Program-made: the position numbers and the translations under genes
Shown: in pieces, positions 47,767-56,847 of the stretch
Numbering within the stretch: the first letter of the stretch is position 1
Layout: each line of letters opens with the position of its first letter
NCBI GenBank assembly: GCA_025062075.1
Contig: JANXBA010000022.1
Span: 1,125-65,124 of the forward strand
Length of the DNA stretch: 64,000 bases
Direction: 5' to 3'
From: Aquificaceae bacterium
GTDB lineage: Bacteria; Aquificota; Aquificia; Aquificales; Aquificaceae
Notes under the pieces: generated by a model
Seen by the model: the letters and a program-made list of their open reading frames with translations, nothing else
Told to the model about the DNA's origin: nothing
Database searches by the model: none

Positions 47767-48951
47767 ATGCTGGTCAAGCACTTTGAGAGCAGGGAGGCCT
47801 TCTACCGATTTCTCAAGGAGAGGGTGGGTGTTTTTTTTAAAGAGGCTTACGAGAGGAGCCCTGAGGGCCTTTTTTACGTTTTACACCTAAAAGGTCAAGA
47901 CCTACCGCCGGAGGTTTTCTTTAGTTTGAGCAGGCAAGCTTGCCTGCACGCCTTCCATGGTGAAGGTGGCTTCGTGCTGTGTGGCTCTGAGTCAAAAATC
48001 AGAGACTTTTGCAGACTTCTTGTAAAGGAAAACAGGCCCTTGGCCATGAAAATCCTTGAGGCACTTATGGCTTATCGCAGAAGGTCCTTCAAGCTCCAGT
48101 ACGGAGGCAAGATACTACCTCTAGGGTTGAAGACCGCCATAATGGGCGTTCTGAACGTGACGCCCGACTCCTTCTCGGACGGAGGGTTGTATTTAGAACC
48201 TTCTCGGGCAGTAAAGAGGGCGGTAGAGATGGTGGAGCAGGGGGCGGACATAGTGGACATAGGCGGAGAGTCCACTCGGCCGGGCTCGCAGAGAATCAGC
48301 GCAGAGGAGGAGCTCCGCAGGGTCCTTCCCGTGCTGAGGGAGGTGAGAAAAGAACTCCCAAAGGTCTGGATTTCCGTGGACACCTACAAGGCCCAGGTGG
48401 CAAGGGTTTGCCTGGAGGAGGGGGCGGACATGGTCAACGACGTAAGCGGTGGCACCTTTGACCCCCAGATGCGGGAGGTGGTGAGCCAGTATAACTGCCC
48501 CTACGTGCTTACCCACGTAAAGGGCAGGCCTGAAACCTGGAGGGAGTCCCCGCCCACCTACGAGGAGATGGTGGAGGAGATTAACCTTTGGTTTGAGGAG
48601 AGACTCAGAGCTCTCAAGACCGCAGGCTACACAGGACAGGCCATCTTGGACCCGGGCATAGGCTTTGGGAAACTGCCAGAGCACAACGTGGAGATACTCA
48701 AAAGGTTTGAGGAGTTCCGAGTCTTCGGACTGCCTCTGCTGGTCGGCGTCTCCAGAAAGTCCTTCATAGGTCTGGTTTTGGAAGGGCTTTTGAAGAAAAA
48801 GACCGAGCCACAGGAACGCCTGTATGGAAGTCTGGGCGCACTGGCACCTGCGGTGCTCAAGGGCGCCCACATAGTGAGAGTTCACGATGTAGAGCAGACG
48901 CGCCAGTTTCTTGCCCTCTTGGACACGGTAAAAACCTATGGCGAGTATTAG
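47767..48951 (+). CDS. folP: dihydropteroate synthase with ~120-aa N-terminal extension
   Basis: MGVLNVTPDSFSDGG, DIGGESTRPG, SVDTYK, DPGIGFGK, SRKSF, VRVHDV. Confidence 0.96.
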   Translation: MLVKHFESREAFYRFLKERVGVFFKEAYERSPEGLFYVLHLKGQDLPPEVFFSLSRQACLHAFHGEGGFVLCGSESKIRDFCRLLVKENRPLAMKILEALMAYRRRSFKLQYGGKILPLGLKTAIMGVLNVTPDSFSDGGLYLEPSRAVKRAVEMVEQGADIVDIGGESTRPGSQRISAEEELRRVLPVLREVRKELPKVWISVDTYKAQVARVCLEEGADMVNDVSGGTFDPQMREVVSQYNCPYVLTHVKGRPETWRESPPTYEEMVEEINLWFEERLRALKTAGYTGQAILDPGIGFGKLPEHNVEILKRFEEFRVFGLPLLVGVSRKSFIGLVLEGLLKKKTEPQERLYGSLGALAPAVLKGAHIVRVHDVEQTRQFLALLDTVKTYGEY

Positions 48952-49708
48952 CTGGGAATTTCTCAGGCTTTTTTCTTGGAGGGACCTTCTTGACATACTC
49001 TCCGTCTCTCTTCTCATATACGGTGCGCTCTACTTTCTGCGCATCACCCGTGGGCTTCAGATACTCAAGGGGCTCATGCTACTGGGAGGCTTCTGGCTTT
49101 TGGCGGAGCTCTTCCAGCTTAGAACCCTCTCCTGGGTCTTTGAAAAGCTCTGGACTGTAGGGCTTTTCTCTTTAGTGGTTATCTTCCAGCCGGAGATAAG
49201 AAAGACGCTGAGCAGGCTAGGGCAGAAGGCGGGCGTGTCCGTCATAAAGCCAGTGGAAGAGAGGGTGGTGGACCGCGTGGTCAGGGTCTGCTCTTTTCTT
49301 TCAGACAGACAAATGGGAGGGCTTATAGTTATTGAGCGAGGTCAGAGCGTGGAGGGTATGGTGGAAGGATGCGTGCTGGTGGACAGCTTTGTGTCCATAG
49401 AGCTCCTTATTACCATCTTCAACCCCCTCTCGCCCCTGCACGATGGTGCGGTGGTCATAAGAGGAGACAGGGTGCTCTATGCCTCCTGCATTCTGCCCCT
49501 CTCCAAGTCGGCGGAGCTCCCCCAGAAGTACGGCACGCGACACCGCGCAGCCTTAGGCATTTCTGAGGAGAGCGACGCCCTTTGCGTGGTAGTGTCAGAA
49601 GAGACAGGGGAGATATCTCTGGCGGTAGGTGGAAAGCTCCACAGGAATCTTGACCCCGAAATGCTCCGAGCCCTACTTTTGAAAGAGCTCAGAGTGGAAA
49701 ATGTTTAG
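48938..49708 (+). CDS. cdaA: diadenylate cyclase (CdaA/DacA, membrane-bound)
   Basis: Three N-terminal TMs, FQPEIR, SPLHDGAV, GTRHRAA.GISE. Confidence 0.95.
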   Translation: MASISWEFLRLFSWRDLLDILSVSLLIYGALYFLRITRGLQILKGLMLLGGFWLLAELFQLRTLSWVFEKLWTVGLFSLVVIFQPEIRKTLSRLGQKAGVSVIKPVEERVVDRVVRVCSFLSDRQMGGLIVIERGQSVEGMVEGCVLVDSFVSIELLITIFNPLSPLHDGAVVIRGDRVLYASCILPLSKSAELPQKYGTRHRAALGISEESDALCVVVSEETGEISLAVGGKLHRNLDPEMLRALLLKELRVENV

Positions 49709-50087
49709 AGGAATTCTCCTGCAGGACTGGCAGTACAAACTTTTGTCCCTTTTTGTAGGCACTGCCCTGTGGCTGGCACTGGGCTTCGGGGAGAGAGTGA
49801 CCGTGAGCCTGGAAAGAACCATAGAACTGGTAAACCGAGAACCAGACTACACATACAAGTTGGAAAGGACAAGGGTGAAAGCAAGACTGAGGGTCGTGGA
49901 GCGTCTCGTGTCCCAGGACGCACTGGAAGAGGCTACCGCCTACGTAGACGTAGGCGGGTTGAAAGAGGGTGAGTATCTGCTTAAGGTGAGAGTGAGAGAC
50001 CTACCGAGGTTTTTGGTAAGTGTTGAAAAAATAGAGCCTCCGCAGGTCAGGGTAAAGGTTATGAAAGCCCCCCAACGGGGGCAGTAG
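49701..50087 (+). CDS. cdaR: CdaR/YbbR-family protein (single domain)
   Basis: K.LSL..G..LW anchor, A.VD..GL.EG.Y...V, I.P..V.V; follows cdaA. Confidence 0.75.
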   Translation: MFRGILLQDWQYKLLSLFVGTALWLALGFGERVTVSLERTIELVNREPDYTYKLERTRVKARLRVVERLVSQDALEEATAYVDVGGLKEGEYLLKVRVRDLPRFLVSVEKIEPPQVRVKVMKAPQRGQ

Positions 50088-50089
50088 GT

Positions 50090-50434
50090 TCATCCGCAGG
50101 AGAAGGAGCTTCCGCAACCGCAGGAGCCGGTCACGTTGGGGTTTCTTATAGTAAAACCACCGCCCATGAAGTCCATCACGTAGTCAAGCTCCGCATTGTT
50201 TACGTAGGGCATGGAGAACTGGTCTATGGCTATCTTCAGACCTCCGAACTCAAAGACGTTGTCGCCTTCTTCCACATTGTCGTCAAAACCCATGGCGTAC
50301 TGAAAACCGGAGCAACCGCCAGGAACAACTCTTATCCTGAGCACAGGCTCAGTGATGTTGTTTTCCTGAGCTATTCTGAGAACTTCTTGGACCGCCTTCT
50401 CGGTGGCATAGAAGTTAAAGGCAACTTTCTGCAT
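50090..50434 (-). CDS. A-type Fe-S carrier (IscA/ErpA/HesB)
   Basis: GGCSGFQY, LDYV, F.I.NPN...SCGCGSSF. Confidence 0.95.
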   Translation of the reverse strand: MQKVAFNFYATEKAVQEVLRIAQENNITEPVLRIRVVPGGCSGFQYAMGFDDNVEEGDNVFEFGGLKIAIDQFSMPYVNNAELDYVMDFMGGGFTIRNPNVTGSCGCGSSFSCG

Positions 50435-50490
50435 AACGCTACCTCCTTGCAGAGTTTTGTTAGATTATGATAGGCGGGTGTAGAGTATTT

Positions 50491-51495
50491 TCAAGGGGCC
50501 AGTCTATGACGCCGCTCATGGGGGTTTTCCACCCGCGAGCAGAGCCTTTCGCCTATTGTTTCGCAGAGTTTGAGAGCTCTGAGAGAAGGTCCTATCTGTG
50601 CCACGCCCCTCCAGGCTATGTCGTAGGCCACACCGTGGTCGGGAGAAGTTCTTACGAAAGGAAGACCCAGTGTCAGGTTAACGCCCTCGCTGAAGGCAAG
50701 GAGCTTAAAGGGTATGAGCCCCTGGTCGTGATACATGCACAGATACAGGTCAAGACCCTCTCTGAGAAAGGCGCTATCAGGAGATAGGGGACCCTCCACC
50801 GCGTAGCCCTCCTCCTTCAGGGCTTCTACCGCCGGTAGAATTTCTTCCATGTCCTCTTGTCCTATCGCCCCCATGTCTCCCGCATGTGGGTTAAGCCCGA
50901 GAACGCCTACAGAAGGCTCCACACCAAACAGTTTGGCGTACTCCCTTACCACCAGCTTAACCTTTTTGACGATTTCTTCCTTTTTTACTCTCTGGGGCAC
51001 TTCTCTGAGGGGTATGTGCGTGGTAAAGGGCACCACCTTTATCTTCTCCGAATACATGAGCATGGCGTAGTCTCTGCAGTTGCAAGCCTTAGCCAAAAAC
51101 TCCGTCTGGCCCTGGTAGGAAAAGCCCGCCCGACTCGCCCAGAACTTGTGCAGGGGCATGGTAAGAATACCGTGAAGCCTTCCGCAGATTGCGTCCGCCA
51201 CCGCCCTGCCTAAGTAGGCTACCGCCACCTTGCCGGAGGTGACAGAAGGCTCTGGCCTTTCTCTGTCGCATACATTCAGGTCCACCAGATACAGACCAGG
51301 TTCTTCTACCTCTTGCACGTTTTGCACCTCCTGTGCAGGAAAGTCCATACCCAGCTCTTTCTGAACCGCCCGCATGACCTTTTTCTCGCCGTAAACTACA
51401 TAGACTTTCTCAGGGTCAAGGTATGGAAGCAGACGCAGTATGAGCTCAGGGCCCACACCCGCAGGGTCTCCTATGGTTATGCCTATCTTAATCAT
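50491..51495 (-). CDS. pdxA: 4-hydroxythreonine-4-phosphate dehydrogenase
   Basis: GDPAGVGPE, T.H.PL, GLNPHAG, MYHDQGLIP.K, GLPFVRTSPDHG. Confidence 0.96.
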   Translation of the reverse strand: MIKIGITIGDPAGVGPELILRLLPYLDPEKVYVVYGEKKVMRAVQKELGMDFPAQEVQNVQEVEEPGLYLVDLNVCDRERPEPSVTSGKVAVAYLGRAVADAICGRLHGILTMPLHKFWASRAGFSYQGQTEFLAKACNCRDYAMLMYSEKIKVVPFTTHIPLREVPQRVKKEEIVKKVKLVVREYAKLFGVEPSVGVLGLNPHAGDMGAIGQEDMEEILPAVEALKEEGYAVEGPLSPDSAFLREGLDLYLCMYHDQGLIPFKLLAFSEGVNLTLGLPFVRTSPDHGVAYDIAWRGVAQIGPSLRALKLCETIGERLCSRVENPHERRHRLAP

Positions 51496-51525
51496 GGTGG
51501 TAAAATGGGATTATATACGCTTACC

Positions 51526-52044
51526 ATGAAGTTTTTCATGCTTTCCCTGTTCGGCAAGGACAGGCCGGGCATAGTGGCCAGGGTCTCTAAAGTTCTATAC
51601 GAGATGGGTCTGAACTTGGAAGAGTCTTCCATGACCCGACTCAGGGACGAGTTTACCATAATGCTAATAGTCAGCTCCTGCAGAGACATAAGCTCGGAGG
51701 AGCTCCTGGCAAACCTTCGGGAGGTCTCTCAGGAGTTGGGGCTTTTCTTGATGTGTAAAGAGGTGGAAGAGAGGGAGTGTCCCAGAATGGGTGCACTCTA
51801 CAGGCTGGTGGTCTTCGGTTCAGACAAGCCCGGCATAGTCTACGCGGTGAGCTCAAAGTTGGCAAGCTTGGGCTTTAACATAAGCGACCTGAGAACGGAG
51901 AAGGCAGGAGGGCTTTACGTGATGGTTCTGCAGGCGGAGGGCAGGGAAGAGATGGAGCAGGTCCTGAGAGAGGGCCTAGAGGAGATAAAGCACTCGGTAG
52001 GGGTGGACATAAGCCTTGAAAGGGAAGAGGAGGAAAGGCTATGA
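51526..52044 (+). CDS. tandem ACT-domain protein (GcvR-like)
   Basis: Start MKFFML at 51526; G.DRPGIV and G.DKPGIV repeats. Confidence 0.88.
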   Translation: MKFFMLSLFGKDRPGIVARVSKVLYEMGLNLEESSMTRLRDEFTIMLIVSSCRDISSEELLANLREVSQELGLFLMCKEVEERECPRMGALYRLVVFGSDKPGIVYAVSSKLASLGFNISDLRTEKAGGLYVMVLQAEGREEMEQVLREGLEEIKHSVGVDISLEREEEERL

Positions 52045-52550
52045 GAAAACTTCAAGTGCTGACCTATCCAGACCAGAGGCTCAAGCTCCCTTCGGTGGAA
52101 GTGGTGCACTTTGACAGAGAGCTGGAGGAGTTCGTCCAGAGCCTAATCTTTACCATGAAGAGCTCTCCCGGCTGCGTAGGTATCGCCTCCCCTCAGGTGG
52201 GCGTCCACAGGCGGATTGTGGTGATAGATACCTCCGGCTCAAAGCACAGAGAGAACAGAGTAAGTCACGGACTCACCGTGTTGATAAACCCTACCATAGT
52301 GAGCGCAGAGGGGGAGTTTACCGTAAGGGAAGGCTGTCTCAGCGTCCCGGACTACACGGGCAACGTAAAAAGGAGCTACTGGATAAGGGTTCACGCCTTT
52401 GACCTGAAGGGAAACCCTTTAGAGCTTGAGACGGAGGGGTTTGAGGCGGTGGTCATCCAACACGAGATAGACCACTTAGAAGGCAAGCTCTTTATTGAGA
52501 GACTCCTGTCGCCCAGGGACCTTTTCAAGAGGAAAGTTTACAGAAGTTAG
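52041..52550 (+). CDS. def: peptide deformylase
   Basis: GIASPQVG, EGCLS, QHEIDHL. Confidence 0.97.
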   Translation: MRKLQVLTYPDQRLKLPSVEVVHFDRELEEFVQSLIFTMKSSPGCVGIASPQVGVHRRIVVIDTSGSKHRENRVSHGLTVLINPTIVSAEGEFTVREGCLSVPDYTGNVKRSYWIRVHAFDLKGNPLELETEGFEAVVIQHEIDHLEGKLFIERLLSPRDLFKRKVYRS

Positions 52551-52562
52551 GTCTTGCCTGCT

Positions 52563-53543
52563 ATGGAGTTTGCGCTTCTTGGCGGAGGAAGGTGGGGCTG
52601 TGCCCTTGCCCGTCACTTGAGCTCTTTGGGGCACAGGGTGCTCCTCTTTGACAAGAACCCTCAGGTGGTGGAGGCACTGAACGGGGGAAGACATCCTTAC
52701 ATGGAAGGTATGGAGATAAAGGGCGTCCGTGCCACGCTGGAGCTTGAGGAGGTCTTGGACTCTTCTCCTTACCTTTTTCTTGCCCTACCTGTGCAGGTCA
52801 TAAGGGAGGTCCTCCAAGGTAAAAACCTGCGGGGCAAGTGTATTGTATCCGCCTCCAAGGGGTTGGAGGTAGGCACACAGAAAAGAGTCTCTCAGGTGCT
52901 TTTAGAGATTGAGCCCTCGGCGGAGGTCTTTTGCCTTTCTGGGCCTTCCTTTGCCAGTGAAGTTTCAAAAGGCCTACCTACCGCTCTGGTTCTGGCAGGG
53001 GACAGGCTGGAGGAAATGGAAAGGATAAGAAGCTGGATAAGCTCCGAAAACTTCAGGGTTTACCTCTCTACCGACATGGTGGGCGTGGAGCTGGGCGGAG
53101 CTCTCAAGAACGTTATAGCCTTAGCCTGCGGTATATCAGACGGCCTCGGGTTTGGAGAGAGTGCGAGGGCTTCTCTGATTACCCGCGGTTTTGCGGAGAT
53201 GGTAAGGTTGGGCGTGGCACTAGGGGCAAAGAGGGAGACCTTCTACGGTCTGTCTGGCATGGGAGACCTGTTTCTTACCGCCAGCTCTCCGCAGTCAAGG
53301 AACAGGAGCTTAGGCTACATGCTGGGGCAGGGCCTGTCCTTGCAGGAGGCACTTCGCAGGCTAAGCCAGACAGTAGAGGGCGTGCATACTGTCCGTGCTG
53401 TCTACGAACTTTCCAAGGAGCTTCGACTGCACATGCCCGTCAGCCACGGAGTGTATCAGGTGGTGGTGGAGGGTCTTCCCCCTCGGGAGGTGGCCCTTGA
53501 GCTTCTGAAAAGACCTCCCCAGAACCACTTTGAGAGCACATAA
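52563..53543 (+). CDS. gpsA: NAD(P)H-dependent glycerol-3-phosphate dehydrogenase
   Basis: GGG.WG.AL, SKGLE, SGPSFA.EV, GGALKNVIA, G.GDL..T...SRNR. Confidence 0.96.
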   Translation: MEFALLGGGRWGCALARHLSSLGHRVLLFDKNPQVVEALNGGRHPYMEGMEIKGVRATLELEEVLDSSPYLFLALPVQVIREVLQGKNLRGKCIVSASKGLEVGTQKRVSQVLLEIEPSAEVFCLSGPSFASEVSKGLPTALVLAGDRLEEMERIRSWISSENFRVYLSTDMVGVELGGALKNVIALACGISDGLGFGESARASLITRGFAEMVRLGVALGAKRETFYGLSGMGDLFLTASSPQSRNRSLGYMLGQGLSLQEALRRLSQTVEGVHTVRAVYELSKELRLHMPVSHGVYQVVVEGLPPREVALELLKRPPQNHFEST

Positions 53544-53649
53544 TCTCACCATAGAAGTAGTACTCGCCACAGCTCTCGCAGCGGTAGAGGCCACCTCCAC
53601 AGCACTCTACGACCTCCAAAAGGACGCCGCACTTTGGACAGCATTCCAT
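53440..53649 (-). CDS. small Cys-rich zinc-ribbon protein
   Basis: CPKCG...CESCG; fills the 53544-53649 gap; tail overlaps gpsA antisense. Confidence 0.6.
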   Translation of the reverse strand: MECCPKCGVLLEVVECCGGGLYRCESCGEYYFYGEIMCSQSGSGEVFSEAQGPPPEGEDPPPPPDTLRG

Positions 53650-53667
53650 AAGCTTATAATTTAGCCC

Positions 53668-54756
53668 GTGCGGGAAAAAGTTTTCCTCTACTTTCTCCTG
53701 TCCCTGACGGGCTTTTTTGTTGCTCTTGCCTTTTTGATGCTCTCTCCCTTTCTAAAGCCCATACTCTGGGCCATAATTTTCTCTCTGATTCTGTATCCTG
53801 TCCATCTTATGTTCTCCCGCAAGCTGGGCAACACCCTGTCCGCACTCCTGCTTACTCTCGGAGTGCTCTTGCTGGTGGTCTTGCCCTTTAGCCTGGTGTT
53901 TGCCCTGGCGGTGAGACAGTCCGTGGACCTTTTTCAGCTGGCCTTGAGGTTCACTCAGGAGGGGGTTCGCGCAGAATTTCTCCAGCAACTGCCCAACAAC
54001 CCGCTCCTTAGGCGGTTTTTCACTGAAGAGGATATTCGTGGCTTTTTGGCCTACCTACAGTCAGAAGAGTTTAAAAACTTGGTGCTTTCAGGTCTGAGAG
54101 ACTTGGCTCAGAGAGGGCTCAACTTGGTTGCCTCCCTACTGCCGGCGGTAGGCCTTTTTTTCTTCAAGACCTTCATCTTCCTGTTAACGCTCTTTTTCAT
54201 ACTGCGGGACGGCAAGAGATTTTTGAATTTTGGCAGGCGTTTCCTGCCCATGCACGGCGAGGACGTAGAGCAGGTCTTTCTAACCATATACAAGACGGTG
54301 ATAGCCACCGTCTATGGCTCCATAGGCGTGGGGGTGGTGCAGGGACTTGTAGGTTTCGTGGGCTACAAGCTCGCTGGGATGAACTACGCAGTGCTTTTGG
54401 GTACGGCTACCTTCTTAGCCTCCTTCGTGCCACCCTTCGGAGCCAGTTTCGTGTGGGTTCCCGTGGCCCTTTACGTGCTTGCCACCAAGGGCACCTACAA
54501 GGGCGCTTTTATGTTCCTCTACGGCATGCTCGTGATTTCTACCATAGACAACTTGGTTCGGCCCATCATAATGAAGATGGGCATCAGAGTTCCCTACATA
54601 GTGCTCTTTTTTTCCATCGTGGGCGGTCTTCTCACCTTTGGGTTCGTGGGCATATTTCTTGGACCGATTATTTTCACCACCCTGTTTACCTTGGCACTCA
54701 TCTACGAGAGGAGAATCCTAAAAGAGGAAGACCTCACTCAAGACCGTGCATCTTAA
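53668..54756 (+). CDS. AI-2E family transporter
   Basis: PF..P..WA, FF.LRDG, P..G...VW.P, DN..RP, GG...FG..G.FLGP. Confidence 0.92.
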   Translation: MREKVFLYFLLSLTGFFVALAFLMLSPFLKPILWAIIFSLILYPVHLMFSRKLGNTLSALLLTLGVLLLVVLPFSLVFALAVRQSVDLFQLALRFTQEGVRAEFLQQLPNNPLLRRFFTEEDIRGFLAYLQSEEFKNLVLSGLRDLAQRGLNLVASLLPAVGLFFFKTFIFLLTLFFILRDGKRFLNFGRRFLPMHGEDVEQVFLTIYKTVIATVYGSIGVGVVQGLVGFVGYKLAGMNYAVLLGTATFLASFVPPFGASFVWVPVALYVLATKGTYKGAFMFLYGMLVISTIDNLVRPIIMKMGIRVPYIVLFFSIVGGLLTFGFVGIFLGPIIFTTLFTLALIYERRILKEEDLTQDRAS

Positions 54757-55369
54757 GGTTCTCCTTTATGCGACGAAGGAGCTCCACCGGGCTGTGGACA
54801 GGGTAGTCTATCTCCTGTAGGACCTCTGCGGCGGTTCTACCCCTTATGTAAAGACCTTCCAACTTGCCCTGCAAGCTCTGGTGGGACTCCAAGGGAAAGT
54901 CCTCCTCCTTGAGTCTTCTCAGGAGTAGGTAGGCCCAAGGCACGTCCAGAGCCTGGGCGACTTTCTCGCACTGCTGGAGGAAAAGGCCAGATTCCTGACC
55001 TTCTTTCACCAGCCTGTAGGCAAAAAGGGCGAGGGCCCCTGCGGTGTGCACTCTGAGTTCTCTCTTCTCCTCTTCTATAAATTCCTCTATCCTCTGGAGT
55101 CTGTCCAAAACTTCCGCCACTTCTCCCCTGAGCGTGTTTTTAACCGTCTGGACGGTGATGCCTAGATACTGGGCTATCTCTTCCTCTCCTTTGAAAAACT
55201 CCTCTTTTAGCACTACGCAGTAGACCGCTCTTGCCAGAGACGCAAGCCATGGGAGAGTTCTGTGCTCTACCAGCTTGGAAAGCCCTCCCAGGAGCTCTAC
55301 GGACTTGAGAAAGACCTTCGTGGATAGGACCTCCAGCTCGCTCTCAGAAAAGCTCCTCGTCAAAAGCAT
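54734..55369 (-). CDS. KaiC-associated regulatory-domain protein (HTH; archaeal-type)
   Basis: KVF.K..ELLGG..KL....L.W..SL, EEIAQ.LG.T.QTV.N.L HTH, H.AG.LA..AY; family recalled from memory. Confidence 0.65.
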   Translation of the reverse strand: MLLTRSFSESELEVLSTKVFLKSVELLGGLSKLVEHRTLPWLASLARAVYCVVLKEEFFKGEEEIAQYLGITVQTVKNTLRGEVAEVLDRLQRIEEFIEEEKRELRVHTAGALALFAYRLVKEGQESGLFLQQCEKVAQALDVPWAYLLLRRLKEEDFPLESHQSLQGKLEGLYIRGRTAAEVLQEIDYPVHSPVELLRRIKENLKMHGLE

Positions 55370-55379
55370 GGGTTCCTCC

Positions 55380-56051
55380 CTACGGTATTCTCCATAATAG
55401 CACTACCTCACCCTTTATCTCCTCTTTTTGCTGGAGCTCTTGTAGCACCTCCGATAGCTTGCCCCTTACGTACTCTTCGTGGAGTTTTGTGAGCTCTCTG
55501 GCCACGCACAAGAGCACATCACCGCCGTATACCTTTTCCATAGCCTGCAGGCTCTTAAGGAGCCTGTTGTTGGCCTCAAAGGCTATCAGGGTGTCCTCCC
55601 TGTAGGTTTTGAGCTCTTCAAAGAACTTCTCCAGACCTTTTCTGGGAAGAAAACCCAGAAAGGTAAACCTGTCCGTGGGAAGACCTGACCCTACCAGTGC
55701 GGTCAGCACAGAGCTGGGACCTGGGACTACCTCCACGGGGATGCCTTTTTCTATGCAACCTCTTATTAGCTTATAACCCGGGTCGGATATGGCGGGCGTT
55801 CCCGCATCGCTAACCAGGGCTACGTCCTCTTTTTCCAAGAGCTTTAGCACCTTAGGCACCTGCACGCTCTCTTTCGGCTCGTAGTAAGAGATGAGCTTTT
55901 TGTCCTGTATTTTGTAGTGGTTGAGGAGTATGAGGGTTCTTCTGGTGTCCTCGCAGGCGATGAAGTTGACGCTTTGCAAAACTTCAAGGGCCCTCAAGGT
56001 TATGTCCTTAAGGTTGCCTATGGGAGTGGCCACTACGTAGAGCTTTCCCAT
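55380..56051 (-). CDS. rsmI: 16S rRNA (cytidine1402-2'-O)-methyltransferase
   Basis: LYVVATPIGNL.DIT.RA, ACEDTR, VSDAGTP.ISDPG, ARELTK.HEE. Confidence 0.96.
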   Translation of the reverse strand: MGKLYVVATPIGNLKDITLRALEVLQSVNFIACEDTRRTLILLNHYKIQDKKLISYYEPKESVQVPKVLKLLEKEDVALVSDAGTPAISDPGYKLIRGCIEKGIPVEVVPGPSSVLTALVGSGLPTDRFTFLGFLPRKGLEKFFEELKTYREDTLIAFEANNRLLKSLQAMEKVYGGDVLLCVARELTKLHEEYVRGKLSEVLQELQQKEEIKGEVVLLWRIP

Positions 56052-56052
56052 G

Positions 56053-56847
56053 CTACTTTACCAGAAGTAGGGGAATGTGTATGTGATGCATGACCACGCT
56101 GGTCACGCTACCCAGGAAGAGCTCTTTTAGCCTTCCCTTGGAGTAAGCACCCATCACCAGCAGGTCCACCTCCTTTTCCTTGCAGTGCTCTACTATTCTC
56201 TCCTCGGGCATTCCCCGCTCTACGCTTAGGGGAACATCTGGGGGTGCCTCTGGCGGCCTGTCGCCTACGTAAAGGGCGTGCAGGTCTCCGCCGTAGAGCT
56301 CCGCAACTTTTATGCCCAACGAAAGGGCTCTTTTGGAGAGTTCACTGCCCTCGTAAGCAACGCAGACCTTTTTCACAGCCCTTTTCTCCTCCGGCACGAG
56401 CAGGACCGGCGCCTTGCTTCTCCGAGATACCACCTCTGCGGTGGAGCTTAGGAAGAGACCCTTTACGGGTCTGTTTCCTCGCCTGCCTATAATTAGAAGG
56501 TCGTCAGGGTCTGCCTGATGGACCAGCTCCTGGTAGGGTATGCCCACTGTTTGGAAGGAGGAAACCTTCAAACCCTTGCCCCTGCCCTCAGAGAGAAACT
56601 CTTCTATCAAGGCGCTTGCCTGCTCTTCAAAAAAATCCCTCACCTTCTGAGAGATGCCCAAGTGGTGAGTGAGTCCCAAGATGCCTACCAGGTCTTCCAA
56701 GAAGCTCTCTTCTATGAGCCTGCTGTCCATTATGTGAACTCCCAGCACGGGCACGGAGAGCTTCTCCCCGAGCTCAAAGGCGTAGTCTTTGGCGGTCCAG
56801 CCAGCCTTTGAGCCGTCTATGCCTACCACTATTCTTTTAAACGTCAA
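56053..56847 (-). CDS. tandem universal stress protein
   Basis: I.VG.DGS, D.LIIG.RG, V...GS; second domain DLLVMGAY...LGSVT..V. Confidence 0.93.
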   Translation of the reverse strand: MTFKRIVVGIDGSKAGWTAKDYAFELGEKLSVPVLGVHIMDSRLIEESFLEDLVGILGLTHHLGISQKVRDFFEEQASALIEEFLSEGRGKGLKVSSFQTVGIPYQELVHQADPDDLLIIGRRGNRPVKGLFLSSTAEVVSRRSKAPVLLVPEEKRAVKKVCVAYEGSELSKRALSLGIKVAELYGGDLHALYVGDRPPEAPPDVPLSVERGMPEERIVEHCKEKEVDLLVMGAYSKGRLKELFLGSVTSVVMHHIHIPLLLVK

